A DNA stretch of 64,000 nucleotides from Anaerolineae bacterium (GTDB lineage: Bacteria > Chloroflexota > Anaerolineae > Promineifilales > Promineifilaceae): positions 4,471 through 68,470 of the forward strand of contig JBGCDP010000222.1 of NCBI GenBank assembly GCA_045105475.1. The letters run 5' to 3'. The translations under genes were made by a program, and so were the position numbers. Below the pieces are notes generated by a model. It did no database searches. It saw only the letters and a program-made list of their open reading frames with translations, and was not told the DNA's origin. This document shows positions 37,042 to 46,447 of this stretch, in pieces. The first letter of the stretch is position 1, and each line of letters begins with the position of its first letter.

Positions 37042-37076
37042 AAAAAAGCCCGGCCGATTAAAAACCAGCCAGGCTT
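37042..37076 (-). terminator. Probable terminator of the pdh operon
   Basis: On the minus strand an imperfect stem (gcctggc...gccgggc, one G-U pair) is followed by TTTTTT. It lies 29 nt after the E2 stop. Confidence 0.45.
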
Positions 37077-37104
37077 GATAAACCTATCTAAAAACAAAAA
37101 CGAT

Positions 37105-38385
37105 CTAAACCAACAACCGCATCGGTTTTTCAAGGATCTGCTTGAAACGCACCATAAATTCAGCCGCTTCCGCCCCATCAGTTACCCGATGATCGGCCGA
37201 AATCGTCGCCTTCATCCGCGTACCAATCGTCAACTCACCATCAACCACAACTGGCACCTGGTGAATGCCACCAATCGCCAAAATCGCAGCTTCGGGTGGA
37301 TTAATAATCGCTGTAAACTGATCAACCCCATAGATTCCAAGATTTGAAATCGAGAAGGTGCCACCTGAAACATCATCAGGATGAACCTTGCCCTCACGGG
37401 CACGAGCGATCATCTCTTTGTTTTCTTGTGCAATGACACTCAACGGTGACTTATCAGTGTTCTTCTGCACGACAACCAACAACCCTTTCTCAGTTGCAAC
37501 AGCTGAGCCAACATTGATTTCATTGTGCAAAATCATCTGGTCACCACCAAAGCTAGCATTGATGCTAGGGAAATCTCGTAATGCAACGCCGGCCGCTTTG
37601 ACCAAAATATCATTAACGCTAACTTTAATCCCCTCCGCTTCAAGCATGCCGTTGACCTGCTTACGCAGCGCCATTGCCGGAGCCATGTCGATGTCCATTG
37701 TGACTTGGAAATGCGGAACAGTCGTTTTAGACTCGACCATGCGGCGTGCAATCGCTTGGCGCAAACGAGTCGTTGGCACAGCCGTGTCCGTTTCTCCGGC
37801 CGTGGCCAAAGTTGCCTGGATTGCTGGAGCAGCAGCAGGTGCTGATTCAGAAGCCGCACTAGTCCCACCAGAAGCGATAAACGCTTCAACATCCGCTTTA
37901 CGAATGCGCTCGCCTTCAAACGGCACTTGGAGCAAATCGATATTGTTGTCTGTCGCGATCCGGCGAGCCACGGGGGTCGCTTTAACACCGGCCGGGAATT
38001 CGCTATCCGCTTGCCCAGCTGCATCGCCCGCTGGAGGTGCAACCGGTGCCGATGAGGTTTCAGCTGCTGGCTCTGGAGCAGACTCTTCTGCTGCTGGAGA
38101 TGAATCAGACCCACCAGCCCCGTTAACCAGAGCCGACACATCTTCACCCGCTTCACCCACAATAGCGACATTCTCGCCAACTGCGACAAGGTCACCCGCA
38201 TTGGCCAACGTCGCTAGCAAAATCCCAGTCACCTGTGATTCAAGCTCAAGCGTCGCTTTGTCTGATTCGATCTCAGCAACAATATCACCCTTGTTAACCT
38301 GAGTCCCAATCTCGTAAAGCCATTGGTTTAGCTCACCCTCACGCATGTCAAAGCCCATCTTGGGCATTACTATAAATTCCGCCAT
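37105..38385 (-). CDS. pdhC: Dihydrolipoamide acyltransferase (E2) of a 2-oxo acid dehydrogenase complex
   Basis: Lipoyl motif EIESDKATLE, an Ala/Pro linker, a subunit-binding domain, and the catalytic DHRVTDG motif. Confidence 0.9.
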   Translation of the reverse strand: MAEFIVMPKMGFDMREGELNQWLYEIGTQVNKGDIVAEIESDKATLELESQVTGILLATLANAGDLVAVGENVAIVGEAGEDVSALVNGAGGSDSSPAAEESAPEPAAETSSAPVAPPAGDAAGQADSEFPAGVKATPVARRIATDNNIDLLQVPFEGERIRKADVEAFIASGGTSAASESAPAAAPAIQATLATAGETDTAVPTTRLRQAIARRMVESKTTVPHFQVTMDIDMAPAMALRKQVNGMLEAEGIKVSVNDILVKAAGVALRDFPSINASFGGDQMILHNEINVGSAVATEKGLLVVVQKNTDKSPLSVIAQENKEMIARAREGKVHPDDVSGGTFSISNLGIYGVDQFTAIINPPEAAILAIGGIHQVPVVVDGELTIGTRMKATISADHRVTDGAEAAEFMVRFKQILEKPMRLLV

Positions 38386-39359
38386 TAGAGGACCTCCTTC
38401 ACAGCCGCAATCACCCGATCCGCATTGATCAGAGCTGACTGCTCTAATTCGCGTGCATATGGCAAAGGTGTTTGTTTCTGAGCCACACGTTTCACAGGTG
38501 CATCGAGGTAGTCAAAAGCATGTTCTTGGATCTGAGCCACAACTTCAGCTCCGATTCCATATGTACCATGCCCTTCTTCAACCACAACCGCTTTATTTGT
38601 TTTCTTAAAGCTTTCAATAGCCAAAGACAAATCAAGTGGCTGAAGACAACGTAAGTCGATAATTTCAACCTCGATCCCTTCTTTCGACAATTTAGCGGCC
38701 GCTTCCATTGAAATCGGCAAGCCTGCTGCATAGGTCACAATTGTGACATCAGAGCCGTCACGCTTTTTGTCCGATTTATCAAGCGGCACCAAGTACTCTT
38801 CTTCTGGCACTTCACCACGCTCTTGATAGAGAGTCGCATGCTCGATAAACATCACTGGGTCATCAGAACGGATCGCTGACTTAAGCATCCCTTTGGCATC
38901 GTAAGGTGTTGCAGGTGAAACCACGCGCAACCCTGGAAAGTGAGCAAAAATCACATCAGGTGTATGACTATGAGTCGCACCCAACTGACGGCCGCCTCCA
39001 CCAGGAGCTCGGAAAACAACCGGACAACGGATGTTACCGTTAAACATGTAATGCACTTTAGCAGCATGATTGACGATGGCATCAAACGCTACAAAAGCGA
39101 AGTTAATCGTCATAAATTCCGCAACCGGCCGTAACCCGTTCATCGCAGCTCCGGCCGCAGCCCCACCAATCACCATTTCAGAGATAGGTGTGTCACGCAC
39201 GCGCCGTTCGCCAAACTCATCATAGAAACCGCGGGTAACAGCATATGTACCGCCCCAAACACCGATTTCTTCACCCATGATAAATACCTTTTCATCACGG
39301 ATCATTTCTTCACGTAGCGCATCTGAAAGCGCTTGACGCATTGTAATTCTTTTAGCCAT
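38385..39359 (-). CDS. pdhB: Pyruvate/2-oxo acid dehydrogenase E1 beta subunit
   Basis: Typical E1-beta sequence (MGEEIGVWGGTY, FMTINFA). Its stop overlaps the E2 start as TAATG. Confidence 0.95.
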   Translation of the reverse strand: MAKRITMRQALSDALREEMIRDEKVFIMGEEIGVWGGTYAVTRGFYDEFGERRVRDTPISEMVIGGAAAGAAMNGLRPVAEFMTINFAFVAFDAIVNHAAKVHYMFNGNIRCPVVFRAPGGGGRQLGATHSHTPDVIFAHFPGLRVVSPATPYDAKGMLKSAIRSDDPVMFIEHATLYQERGEVPEEEYLVPLDKSDKKRDGSDVTIVTYAAGLPISMEAAAKLSKEGIEVEIIDLRCLQPLDLSLAIESFKKTNKAVVVEEGHGTYGIGAEVVAQIQEHAFDYLDAPVKRVAQKQTPLPYARELEQSALINADRVIAAVKEVL

Positions 39360-39373
39360 ATTTTTTGTCCCCC

Positions 39374-40459
39374 TTAGTTCTCAGTCTCAACGAAAATGTG
39401 ATCGTACAGCGTGTCTAATCCAGGTTCTGGAGATTCATCAGCGAACTTCACCGCTTCTGCAATTTCAATATCAACCTGATCATCAATCGCGTCTAACTCT
39501 TCTTGAGTACAGTTCTCTTGCTCGATCAAACGTCGTTCAAGAACACCTAGCGGATCATCCTCACGCCATTTCACCACTTCGTCCTTCGAACGGTAGCGAA
39601 GCGGGTCACCCATCGAGTGACCTTCAAAACGGTAGGTGATCATCTCAAGGAATTGCGGCCCCTCACCGGCTCGTACACGAGCTAGGGCGTCAGTTGTCTT
39701 CCAATAAACGTCACAAACACTCATGCCGTCAACCACATGGGCTTCCATATTGTAGCCACTAGCCTTAGTGACCATTTCAGGCGTTGCAGACGCCCGATCA
39801 ACGGCCGTACCCATCCCATATTGATTGTTTTCAACAATCCAAACAACAGGCAAGTTCCAAACTTTGGCAAGGTTCAAAGATTCATGAAAATAGCCGATGT
39901 TGGTTGATCCATCACCCATGTAACAAAGAACGGCACCATCTGTACCATTATATTGTTCAGCTAGAGCGATTCCTGCGCCGAGTGGCACATGGCCGCCTAC
40001 AACAGCGTATCCACCCCAAAATCGACGGGGCACATCGGATAGATGCATGGAGCCGCCACGGCCGCCGCTGACGCCGGTTACTTTACCCATCAACTCAGCC
40101 ATCACTGGGCCTGTTTCAGACCCAACGGCCAAAGCATGGCCATGGTCACGATAGGCGGTAATCACATGGTCTCTTTCACCACGCGCCCCGATCGATCCAA
40201 CTGCAATCGCTTCTTGCCCAATGTACAAGTGAAGGAAACCACCCACTTTGCCCAATTGATATTGTTCTGAACAAGCTTGCTCAAACTTGCGGATCAGTAC
40301 CATTTGCCGGTACCACTCGAGTAGTGTTTCACGAGGAATATCGGCAGCACGGCCGACTCCTACTTCACGCTCGTCTGCATGTAAAATCGCATCGGCTCCT
40401 TCGGGAGCTGCCTTTGCTGCTTCTTTCTTTGGTGTCGCTTTTTTCTTTTTTGTTGCCAT
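39374..40459 (-). CDS. pdhA: Pyruvate/2-oxo acid dehydrogenase E1 alpha subunit
   Basis: Motif YRDHGH and the TPP motif GDGSTNIGYFHESLN. Confidence 0.95.
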   Translation of the reverse strand: MATKKKKATPKKEAAKAAPEGADAILHADEREVGVGRAADIPRETLLEWYRQMVLIRKFEQACSEQYQLGKVGGFLHLYIGQEAIAVGSIGARGERDHVITAYRDHGHALAVGSETGPVMAELMGKVTGVSGGRGGSMHLSDVPRRFWGGYAVVGGHVPLGAGIALAEQYNGTDGAVLCYMGDGSTNIGYFHESLNLAKVWNLPVVWIVENNQYGMGTAVDRASATPEMVTKASGYNMEAHVVDGMSVCDVYWKTTDALARVRAGEGPQFLEMITYRFEGHSMGDPLRYRSKDEVVKWREDDPLGVLERRLIEQENCTQEELDAIDDQVDIEIAEAVKFADESPEPGLDTLYDHIFVETEN

Positions 40460-40878
40460 CTGACTCTCCTAAATCATCAGTATTAAACATCACTGTGTAA
40501 CGTAAAACGCCCCACTAGGTACTTCTAGTGAGTTTTCGCTTCACGTTAACTGTTCGCAATTTGCGGGGAAAACTGTTTTTGTGCCGTTTTTTCTTTAAAT
40601 GTAATGTGAACGGCCAATAGTCTAAATTTTAGACAATCACTCTAAAAAGTAGGTGGGACTTTAATGTGGGGATTTTAACAGAAAAAGAGAATTTTTCATC
40701 CAGATACCTACGTTTCTCTGTTTTAGGTGTTTTAGGCAGCCGCTTTTTACTTAAAGTGAAAATTACAGGAAAAATCCCCTTCTAACTTATTTGCAACCTA
40801 AATTGCTCGAATCGAAAGCTTTTCCATAAGACTGGTCGGCCAAACTTTGTTAAGTACTTAGGTACTAGGAGATTGGTG

Positions 40879-42705
40879 ATGGCAATTTTAGGCAACTGGA
40901 AAACTATAATCTATATCGCAATATGCTTGATTTTGTTTGTTGTACAGGCCGGGTTGTCTACATCAGTTGCCAATAGCCAGACAATCAATTTCCTAACCCC
41001 ACTTCCAGATACCTATTCGGTAACACAATCACAGCAAGACCCTTTTGTAATCCAACACCGATTTGTGACCTTTAGCTCTGCTGAGTTTGCAACAAGGTCC
41101 TACTCTAATAGTAGAAATGTCTCTCTAACTCTTTTTGGTAAACAACAAATTGAAATTGAAATGATCCAAATTGATCATTCAAACAATGGTGGACAATCTT
41201 TCGTCGGAAATATTGTAGGCCACCCGCTCAGCGAAGCGGTTTTCACTTGGCGAGACGACATTGCGGCGGGCACAATTAATTTGGGAGATTCTATCTATCG
41301 CCTACGACATTTGAAAGATGGGGTTCATATTTTCGAACAACTTCCAGCCCAATATCTTCCCTCAGGCGAGCCGCTCATTCCTACAGGCTTGGAGCTTGAA
41401 TCACATTCGGAACATTCAACCGAAATTGAAATTGACGATGCATCTCAAACAAACAGTACGACCATGATTGATGTGCTCGTCCTTTATACCCAGTCTTCGG
41501 AACAGGCAATGGGCGGTGAGATTGGAACGCAAAACACAATTGATCTCGCACTCACTGAATCTAATTTGGGGCTTCAAAATAGCGGGGTCAATGTTAGGTT
41601 TAACATCGTCCACAGCCAAAAAGTTGATTTTGACGAAACAAAGGAAGACTTCTCATCTATGTTAGATGAGCTAACCAGCACAAATGATGGCACCCTAGAT
41701 GAAGCCCATGCAATGCGAGACCAATATGGGGCCGATGTTGTTACTATGATCGTCAACCGCAGGCTGCTATGCGGCAAAACCTATCAAAATGATGGTGGCA
41801 ATCCGAACTTTGATAAGTTTGCTTTTAGCATTTTGCATCACTCGTGTGTAACTGGCTATTACAGCTTTGCTCATGAGATCGGTCACAACATGGGCAGCCA
41901 ACATAATCGCTCTAACTCAAGCCAAGCAGGAGCCTTCAACTATAGTTACGGCTATCAAGATCCGGGAAATCGCTTCCGGACGATCATGGCTTACAACTGT
42001 CGCACAACCTGTCTACGTATCAACCATTGGTCTAATCCCAATGTTTTCTATGAAAATCTGGGGCCAACGGGCCATGCGGCTCACAGTGCAATTGGAGCAG
42101 ACAATCATCTCAGCCTGTCTCAAATGGCCCCCAGCATGGCGGCATTTAGAGATAGGGTTTTAGACGCCAATCAGGTAGTAGAGATCAATTTTCAACTCGA
42201 GGGTACAGCACCAGAACAAGATATTCTTATTGACAATGGGGAGCCTTTACAAGTTTATGAAGGGCACCTTGTGTATGGGTGGAATGCCGATTATTCAATA
42301 TCAGTACCCAACCAAAACCTTAATAAGTCTAATTCTACTTTTGTTCACGCCATTGCAGAAGAAGGAGAAAAAGCGATCTGGGAGATGCTTGTACCAAACG
42401 GCCGATATCAAGTCCGATTGATTTCAGGCGACCCAAAGTCAGTCACTCAGCCATCTAGTATGGTCATAGAAAATGAAATTGTTCAAAAAAAGCCTGGCTC
42501 TGAACAATCTGATCTATTTGAAGCTGATTTAGCAATAGAAGTTTCAGATGGATATCTGTCTATTTCCGGCCCCACCCATGAAACAATCCTCAATTTAGTA
42601 GAAATTACCCCTCTCTTTGTTGACAATCAAAACATCACCCCTGAAGAGCCTAATCCATCACCCATAGGGCCATATGCGATCTTCATCCCCGTCGTCGTAA
42701 GGTAA
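40879..42705 (+). CDS. Secreted metzincin zinc metalloprotease (reprolysin/M12B-like) with C-terminal beta-sandwich domain and terminal IFIPVVVR
   Basis: A signal peptide is present. The zinc site is HEIGHNMGSQH and the Met-turn is TIMAY. AGGAG lies 7 nt before the ATG at 40879. The protein ends ..PIGPYAIFIPVVVR. Confidence 0.75.
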   Translation: MAILGNWKTIIYIAICLILFVVQAGLSTSVANSQTINFLTPLPDTYSVTQSQQDPFVIQHRFVTFSSAEFATRSYSNSRNVSLTLFGKQQIEIEMIQIDHSNNGGQSFVGNIVGHPLSEAVFTWRDDIAAGTINLGDSIYRLRHLKDGVHIFEQLPAQYLPSGEPLIPTGLELESHSEHSTEIEIDDASQTNSTTMIDVLVLYTQSSEQAMGGEIGTQNTIDLALTESNLGLQNSGVNVRFNIVHSQKVDFDETKEDFSSMLDELTSTNDGTLDEAHAMRDQYGADVVTMIVNRRLLCGKTYQNDGGNPNFDKFAFSILHHSCVTGYYSFAHEIGHNMGSQHNRSNSSQAGAFNYSYGYQDPGNRFRTIMAYNCRTTCLRINHWSNPNVFYENLGPTGHAAHSAIGADNHLSLSQMAPSMAAFRDRVLDANQVVEINFQLEGTAPEQDILIDNGEPLQVYEGHLVYGWNADYSISVPNQNLNKSNSTFVHAIAEEGEKAIWEMLVPNGRYQVRLISGDPKSVTQPSSMVIENEIVQKKPGSEQSDLFEADLAIEVSDGYLSISGPTHETILNLVEITPLFVDNQNITPEEPNPSPIGPYAIFIPVVVR

Positions 42706-42785
42706 GTTGTAAGCTACAAATAGGACACTTTTAATCTAATTATCATATTTCACGTGAAAACATCGTAATAAATTCAGTTTGTTAT

Positions 42786-42812
42786 ATTGCATTGTGAAAG
42801 AAGTTTTCTGTG
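42786..42812 (+). promoter_or_regulatory. Copy 1 of a roughly 26-nt repeated motif (ATTGCATTGTGAAAGAAGTTTTCTGTG)
   Basis: A near-identical copy lies at 43032-43057. It contains a TGTGA half-site. Confidence 0.3.
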
Positions 42813-43031
42813 ATAATCTACTGTTTTTATTAGTAGTATTAATGTCCTAATAACCTCTCAATACTTTCTCTCAAATTTGTATCAGGGTTAAGCGCAAAAT
42901 GCGCTGTACATTACAGCTAAGATGAATTTGCGGTGCGAAGCAATACCAACAACCTCGAATCCTCCTCCACCCGCTCAAACCAAATCAAGAACTAAAACTA
43001 TCTAAATCTCCCCATTTCGTATTTCCCAGAA

Positions 43032-43057
43032 ATTGCTTTGTGAAAGTAGTTTCTGCG
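43032..43057 (+). promoter_or_regulatory. Copy 2 of the repeated motif (ATTGCTTTGTGAAAGTAGTTTCTGCG), 45 nt upstream of the subtilase ATG
   Basis: I aligned it by eye to copy 1, giving about 23 identical positions and one indel. Confidence 0.3.
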
Positions 43058-43101
43058 TTTTTTATTCTGTGTGCAGTAAAAGTTAGTGAAAGGAGTTGTA
43101 A

Positions 43102-46100
43102 ATGAGTAGAAAAATGTGGAAAAGAAATCGAAGATCAATGCTTATCTTCGGTGTATTGCTGACAATGCTAGTTGCAGCAACAGCACAAGCAGACCCTGAG
43201 CCTGGAGTCCCACAGCCTGAAGGACCTACAGCCGAAAAGCTAGAAACCTCAGTCCAATTAGATTTCAGCCCGCGTTTAGCAACAAATAAAGTCGACCCTT
43301 CTTTAATTAGAGCAGATGGGAGACAAGTTGTTATTGTCCGTCTTAGCCAAGATTCGGCCGGCCAAACGGTTGGATCGAACAATGGTGGCAAAAGCTCGGC
43401 AGTACGTGCTGACCAAGTAATGGCGTCTGACTCAGCGGCCCAAGATTCTGTAGCAGCAGCAAATGCTCAACAGTCATCGGTCATGCAAAGCATTTTAGCC
43501 GTAGATCCGAATGCACGTATTATCGCTCGTACACAAATTGTTTTAAATGCGATTTTTGTTGAACTTGATGCAGCTGCTATTCCAGAATTAGCATCATCGG
43601 CCGATATTATTTCAATCAACCAAGTTAAAAATTATTCTCTTGATCTATCTGAAACTGTTCCATACATCGGCGGAACAGCAGTTCAAAACATGGGATATGA
43701 CGGCAGTGGCATCCGTGTTGCTGTCCTTGATAGTGGCGTTGACTATACACATGCTAACCTCGGGGGTGGAGGAACCCTAGCTGATTATGAAGCGGCTTGG
43801 GGAACAACTTTCTCAGACCCTGCAAACACCACTCGCGATGGTTTATTCCCAACTACGAAAGTTGTTGAAGGATTTGACTTTGTTGGTGAAGATTGGCCAA
43901 ATAGCCCAGAAGCATTTGACGATGACCCGATCGATTTCGAAGGTCATGGAACACACGTTGCAGACATCATTGCAGGCGCCAATGGTGTTGCACCCGGTGC
44001 AGACATCGTAGCGGTCAAAGTATGTTCGGCCGTTAGTTCATCATGCTCTGGTCTTGCCTTGATTCTAGGGATGGAATATGCCGTTTCTCAAGGCGTTGAT
44101 ATCATCAACATGTCATTGGGATCAGACTACGGTAGCCCATTTGATGATGACCTGACAGCCGCTGTCGAAGCTGCTTCAGACTTAGGTGTCCTTACCGTTT
44201 CATCAGCTGGTAATGGCGGAAACAACCAATACAAAGTTGGAACCCCATCAACCGCTCCAAGTGCGCTATCTGTAGCACAAACCGCTGTCCCCTCAGCCGG
44301 TCTAGACTTCATGCAAATCGACGGTGGCAACAGCTATCCAGCGATCTTCCAAAACTGGTCAGTTCCATTGTCTGTTGCAATTACCGGCCCTGCCCAGTAC
44401 GGTGACTTAGATGGGACGAACCTAAATGGTTGTGCCGCCTTCTCAGGCGACCTCACAGGTCTCGTTGTCTTAGTAGACCGCGGCGCATGTTCTTTCAGTG
44501 TCAAAATTTCAAATGTCGCAGCAGCTAACGGCTCTGTAGGAATTATCGGCCTTGTTGCCCCTGGTGAAGCATTCACCGGTGGATTTGGTGGCGGCACACC
44601 AGATATTCCAGGCTTTATGGTAGACCAAGCGGCCGCGAATGATTTCAAAGCTGCTTTCGCAGCAGGTGGAACGGTTACGTTTGACCCAGCGAACGCGCTA
44701 TCTTTGGCCGGAACGATGACAAGCTCATCATCACGCGGACCTTCTAATGATACCAACCAGATCAAACCTGAAATCGGTGCACCTGGTGCTTCAATTTCGG
44801 CCGAAGCTGGAACTGGAACTGGCGAAACACCATTCGGTGGTACCTCTGGTGCTTCACCTATGGTTGCCGGTGCAGCAGCACTTTTGATGGACGCTTACGA
44901 CATCAACAGCAACAGCTGGATTCGCCCAGACCAAATCAAAGCGATGTTGATGAACAATGGTGAAACCGAAATCTACACCACATCACCAGCCATTAGCACA
45001 CAGCTTGCGCCAATCACCCGCATCGGTGGTGGTGAAGTTCGTGTTGATCGTGCTTTAGCCTCAAACATTGTGGCTTACTCAGATGCCTTCGATGGCTCTG
45101 GCGCATTGTCATTCGGACAAGTTGATGTCAACAAGAAACGGGTTTATACCCAACGCTTCATCATCGACAATCTTTCTGCTCAAAAGCGTAAGATTGCATT
45201 GAGTGCCGTGTTCCGTGACGCAGCAAAAGAAGCTAGCGGTGCGGTCACCATTAAAATGCCAAACCAAGTTACGGTCCCAGGATATCAGGCTCGCATCGTA
45301 ACCGTACGCATTACGGTTGATCCAGAATTATTACCAGATTGGACGATGGGCATCGGAGCACAAGGCTCAGGTGCAGCAACGCTCGACATCAATGAGTTTG
45401 ATGGTTACATCATGATGGATGACACCAAAACCAGCGATGATGATGCGGACCAAGCGCATATGGCTTGGCACATCTTGCCGCGTAAATCAGGTAATACAAA
45501 AGCGACGAAGACCAACATGGAAACAAAAGAAGATTTCTTCGGTTTCCCAGCGGCAACGACACCAGTTAAGAATCGTGGCAAAAGTGAAACAGATGCGCGC
45601 GTATTCACCTATCTAGCAGGTAGCCCAGATTTACCACCAACCGTCATGGGTACACAGTCTCCAATTGCAGACATCAAGCATGCTGGTTACCGTGCCTTCC
45701 TCGATGATGGCAGTAGCTGTGATGCAGGTTGGGGTATGGAATTCTTAGCCGCAGGCTGGGAACGTCAGACCCACGAGTGGCCAGACTACTATCAATTTGT
45801 CCTAGACGTTGATAATAATGGTGCATTTGATCATGTTGTTTATCACTACGACCTCTTCAACTTCACCGGTACGCTTGACGGCCGCAACTTGACCTATGTC
45901 GATACACTTGACGAGGCAACCGGCTCAGCCATTAACACGACCGCCTTCTTCTTTACCGATAGCCCAACTAACTTCAACAACTACATCATGACGATTTGTG
46001 GTGAGCAGTTAGGCTTCGCTGATACATCGGCCGCAGGCGCTCCAATGCCAGCAGTTGTTACCGGCGTTGATGGCTACTACACAGGCGCAGTTACCGATGT

Positions 46101-46332
46101 CTTGGGCGGCTTGGTTGTATCACCGTTTGGTAATCGTTATGACGCACGCTTCGTGGCTGATGACGGCTCAATCTCTCGTGATGCAACAATCGCAGGCGAT
46201 TCAACGGCTCAACTCACCGTGTTCGACTTTGGTGCAGGCTCACCGGGGAATGACACAGGTGTGATCTTGGTTTATCACAATGGTGCTCTTGAAGGGCGCG
46301 AGAATGATGTGATCACGATCTGGAGTCGATAG
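43102..46332 (+). CDS. Secreted subtilisin-family (S8) serine protease with PA-domain insert and large C-terminal extension
   Basis: Catalytic triad motifs VAVLDSGVD, HGTHVADIIAG and GTSGASPMVAGAAALL. The PA-like insert reads VVLVDRGACSF. AAGGAG lies upstream. Confidence 0.9.
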   Translation: MSRKMWKRNRRSMLIFGVLLTMLVAATAQADPEPGVPQPEGPTAEKLETSVQLDFSPRLATNKVDPSLIRADGRQVVIVRLSQDSAGQTVGSNNGGKSSAVRADQVMASDSAAQDSVAAANAQQSSVMQSILAVDPNARIIARTQIVLNAIFVELDAAAIPELASSADIISINQVKNYSLDLSETVPYIGGTAVQNMGYDGSGIRVAVLDSGVDYTHANLGGGGTLADYEAAWGTTFSDPANTTRDGLFPTTKVVEGFDFVGEDWPNSPEAFDDDPIDFEGHGTHVADIIAGANGVAPGADIVAVKVCSAVSSSCSGLALILGMEYAVSQGVDIINMSLGSDYGSPFDDDLTAAVEAASDLGVLTVSSAGNGGNNQYKVGTPSTAPSALSVAQTAVPSAGLDFMQIDGGNSYPAIFQNWSVPLSVAITGPAQYGDLDGTNLNGCAAFSGDLTGLVVLVDRGACSFSVKISNVAAANGSVGIIGLVAPGEAFTGGFGGGTPDIPGFMVDQAAANDFKAAFAAGGTVTFDPANALSLAGTMTSSSSRGPSNDTNQIKPEIGAPGASISAEAGTGTGETPFGGTSGASPMVAGAAALLMDAYDINSNSWIRPDQIKAMLMNNGETEIYTTSPAISTQLAPITRIGGGEVRVDRALASNIVAYSDAFDGSGALSFGQVDVNKKRVYTQRFIIDNLSAQKRKIALSAVFRDAAKEASGAVTIKMPNQVTVPGYQARIVTVRITVDPELLPDWTMGIGAQGSGAATLDINEFDGYIMMDDTKTSDDDADQAHMAWHILPRKSGNTKATKTNMETKEDFFGFPAATTPVKNRGKSETDARVFTYLAGSPDLPPTVMGTQSPIADIKHAGYRAFLDDGSSCDAGWGMEFLAAGWERQTHEWPDYYQFVLDVDNNGAFDHVVYHYDLFNFTGTLDGRNLTYVDTLDEATGSAINTTAFFFTDSPTNFNNYIMTICGEQLGFADTSAAGAPMPAVVTGVDGYYTGAVTDVLGGLVVSPFGNRYDARFVADDGSISRDATIAGDSTAQLTVFDFGAGSPGNDTGVILVYHNGALEGRENDVITIWSR

Positions 46333-46355
46333 CTAGGCTAGCTCCACAGTATGAT

Positions 46356-46386
46356 GGGTGACTTGTTAGTCTTATACAAGTCACCC
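46356..46386 (+). terminator. Stem-loop 1 downstream of the subtilase gene
   Basis: Perfect 11-bp arms gggtgacttgt / acaagtcaccc with a 9-nt loop. Confidence 0.4.
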
Positions 46387-46403
46387 TAACTCAGTAATAG
46401 ACC

Positions 46404-46447
46404 AAGCCGGTTGGAAAAGATTCAAATCTTTTCCAACCGGCTTTTTT
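46404..46447 (+). terminator. Rho-independent terminator
   Basis: Arms aagccggttggaaaagat / atcttttccaaccggctt are followed by TTTTT. Confidence 0.75.

Noticed and set aside
37388-38302. A 304-aa ORF antisense to the E2 acyltransferase gene, plus an alternative-frame 222-aa ORF at 37533-38201.
   Set aside because: The E2 frame carries unmistakable lipoyl, linker and catalytic motifs. The shadow ORFs are low-complexity Ala/Ser/Pro artefacts of the GC-rich linker.
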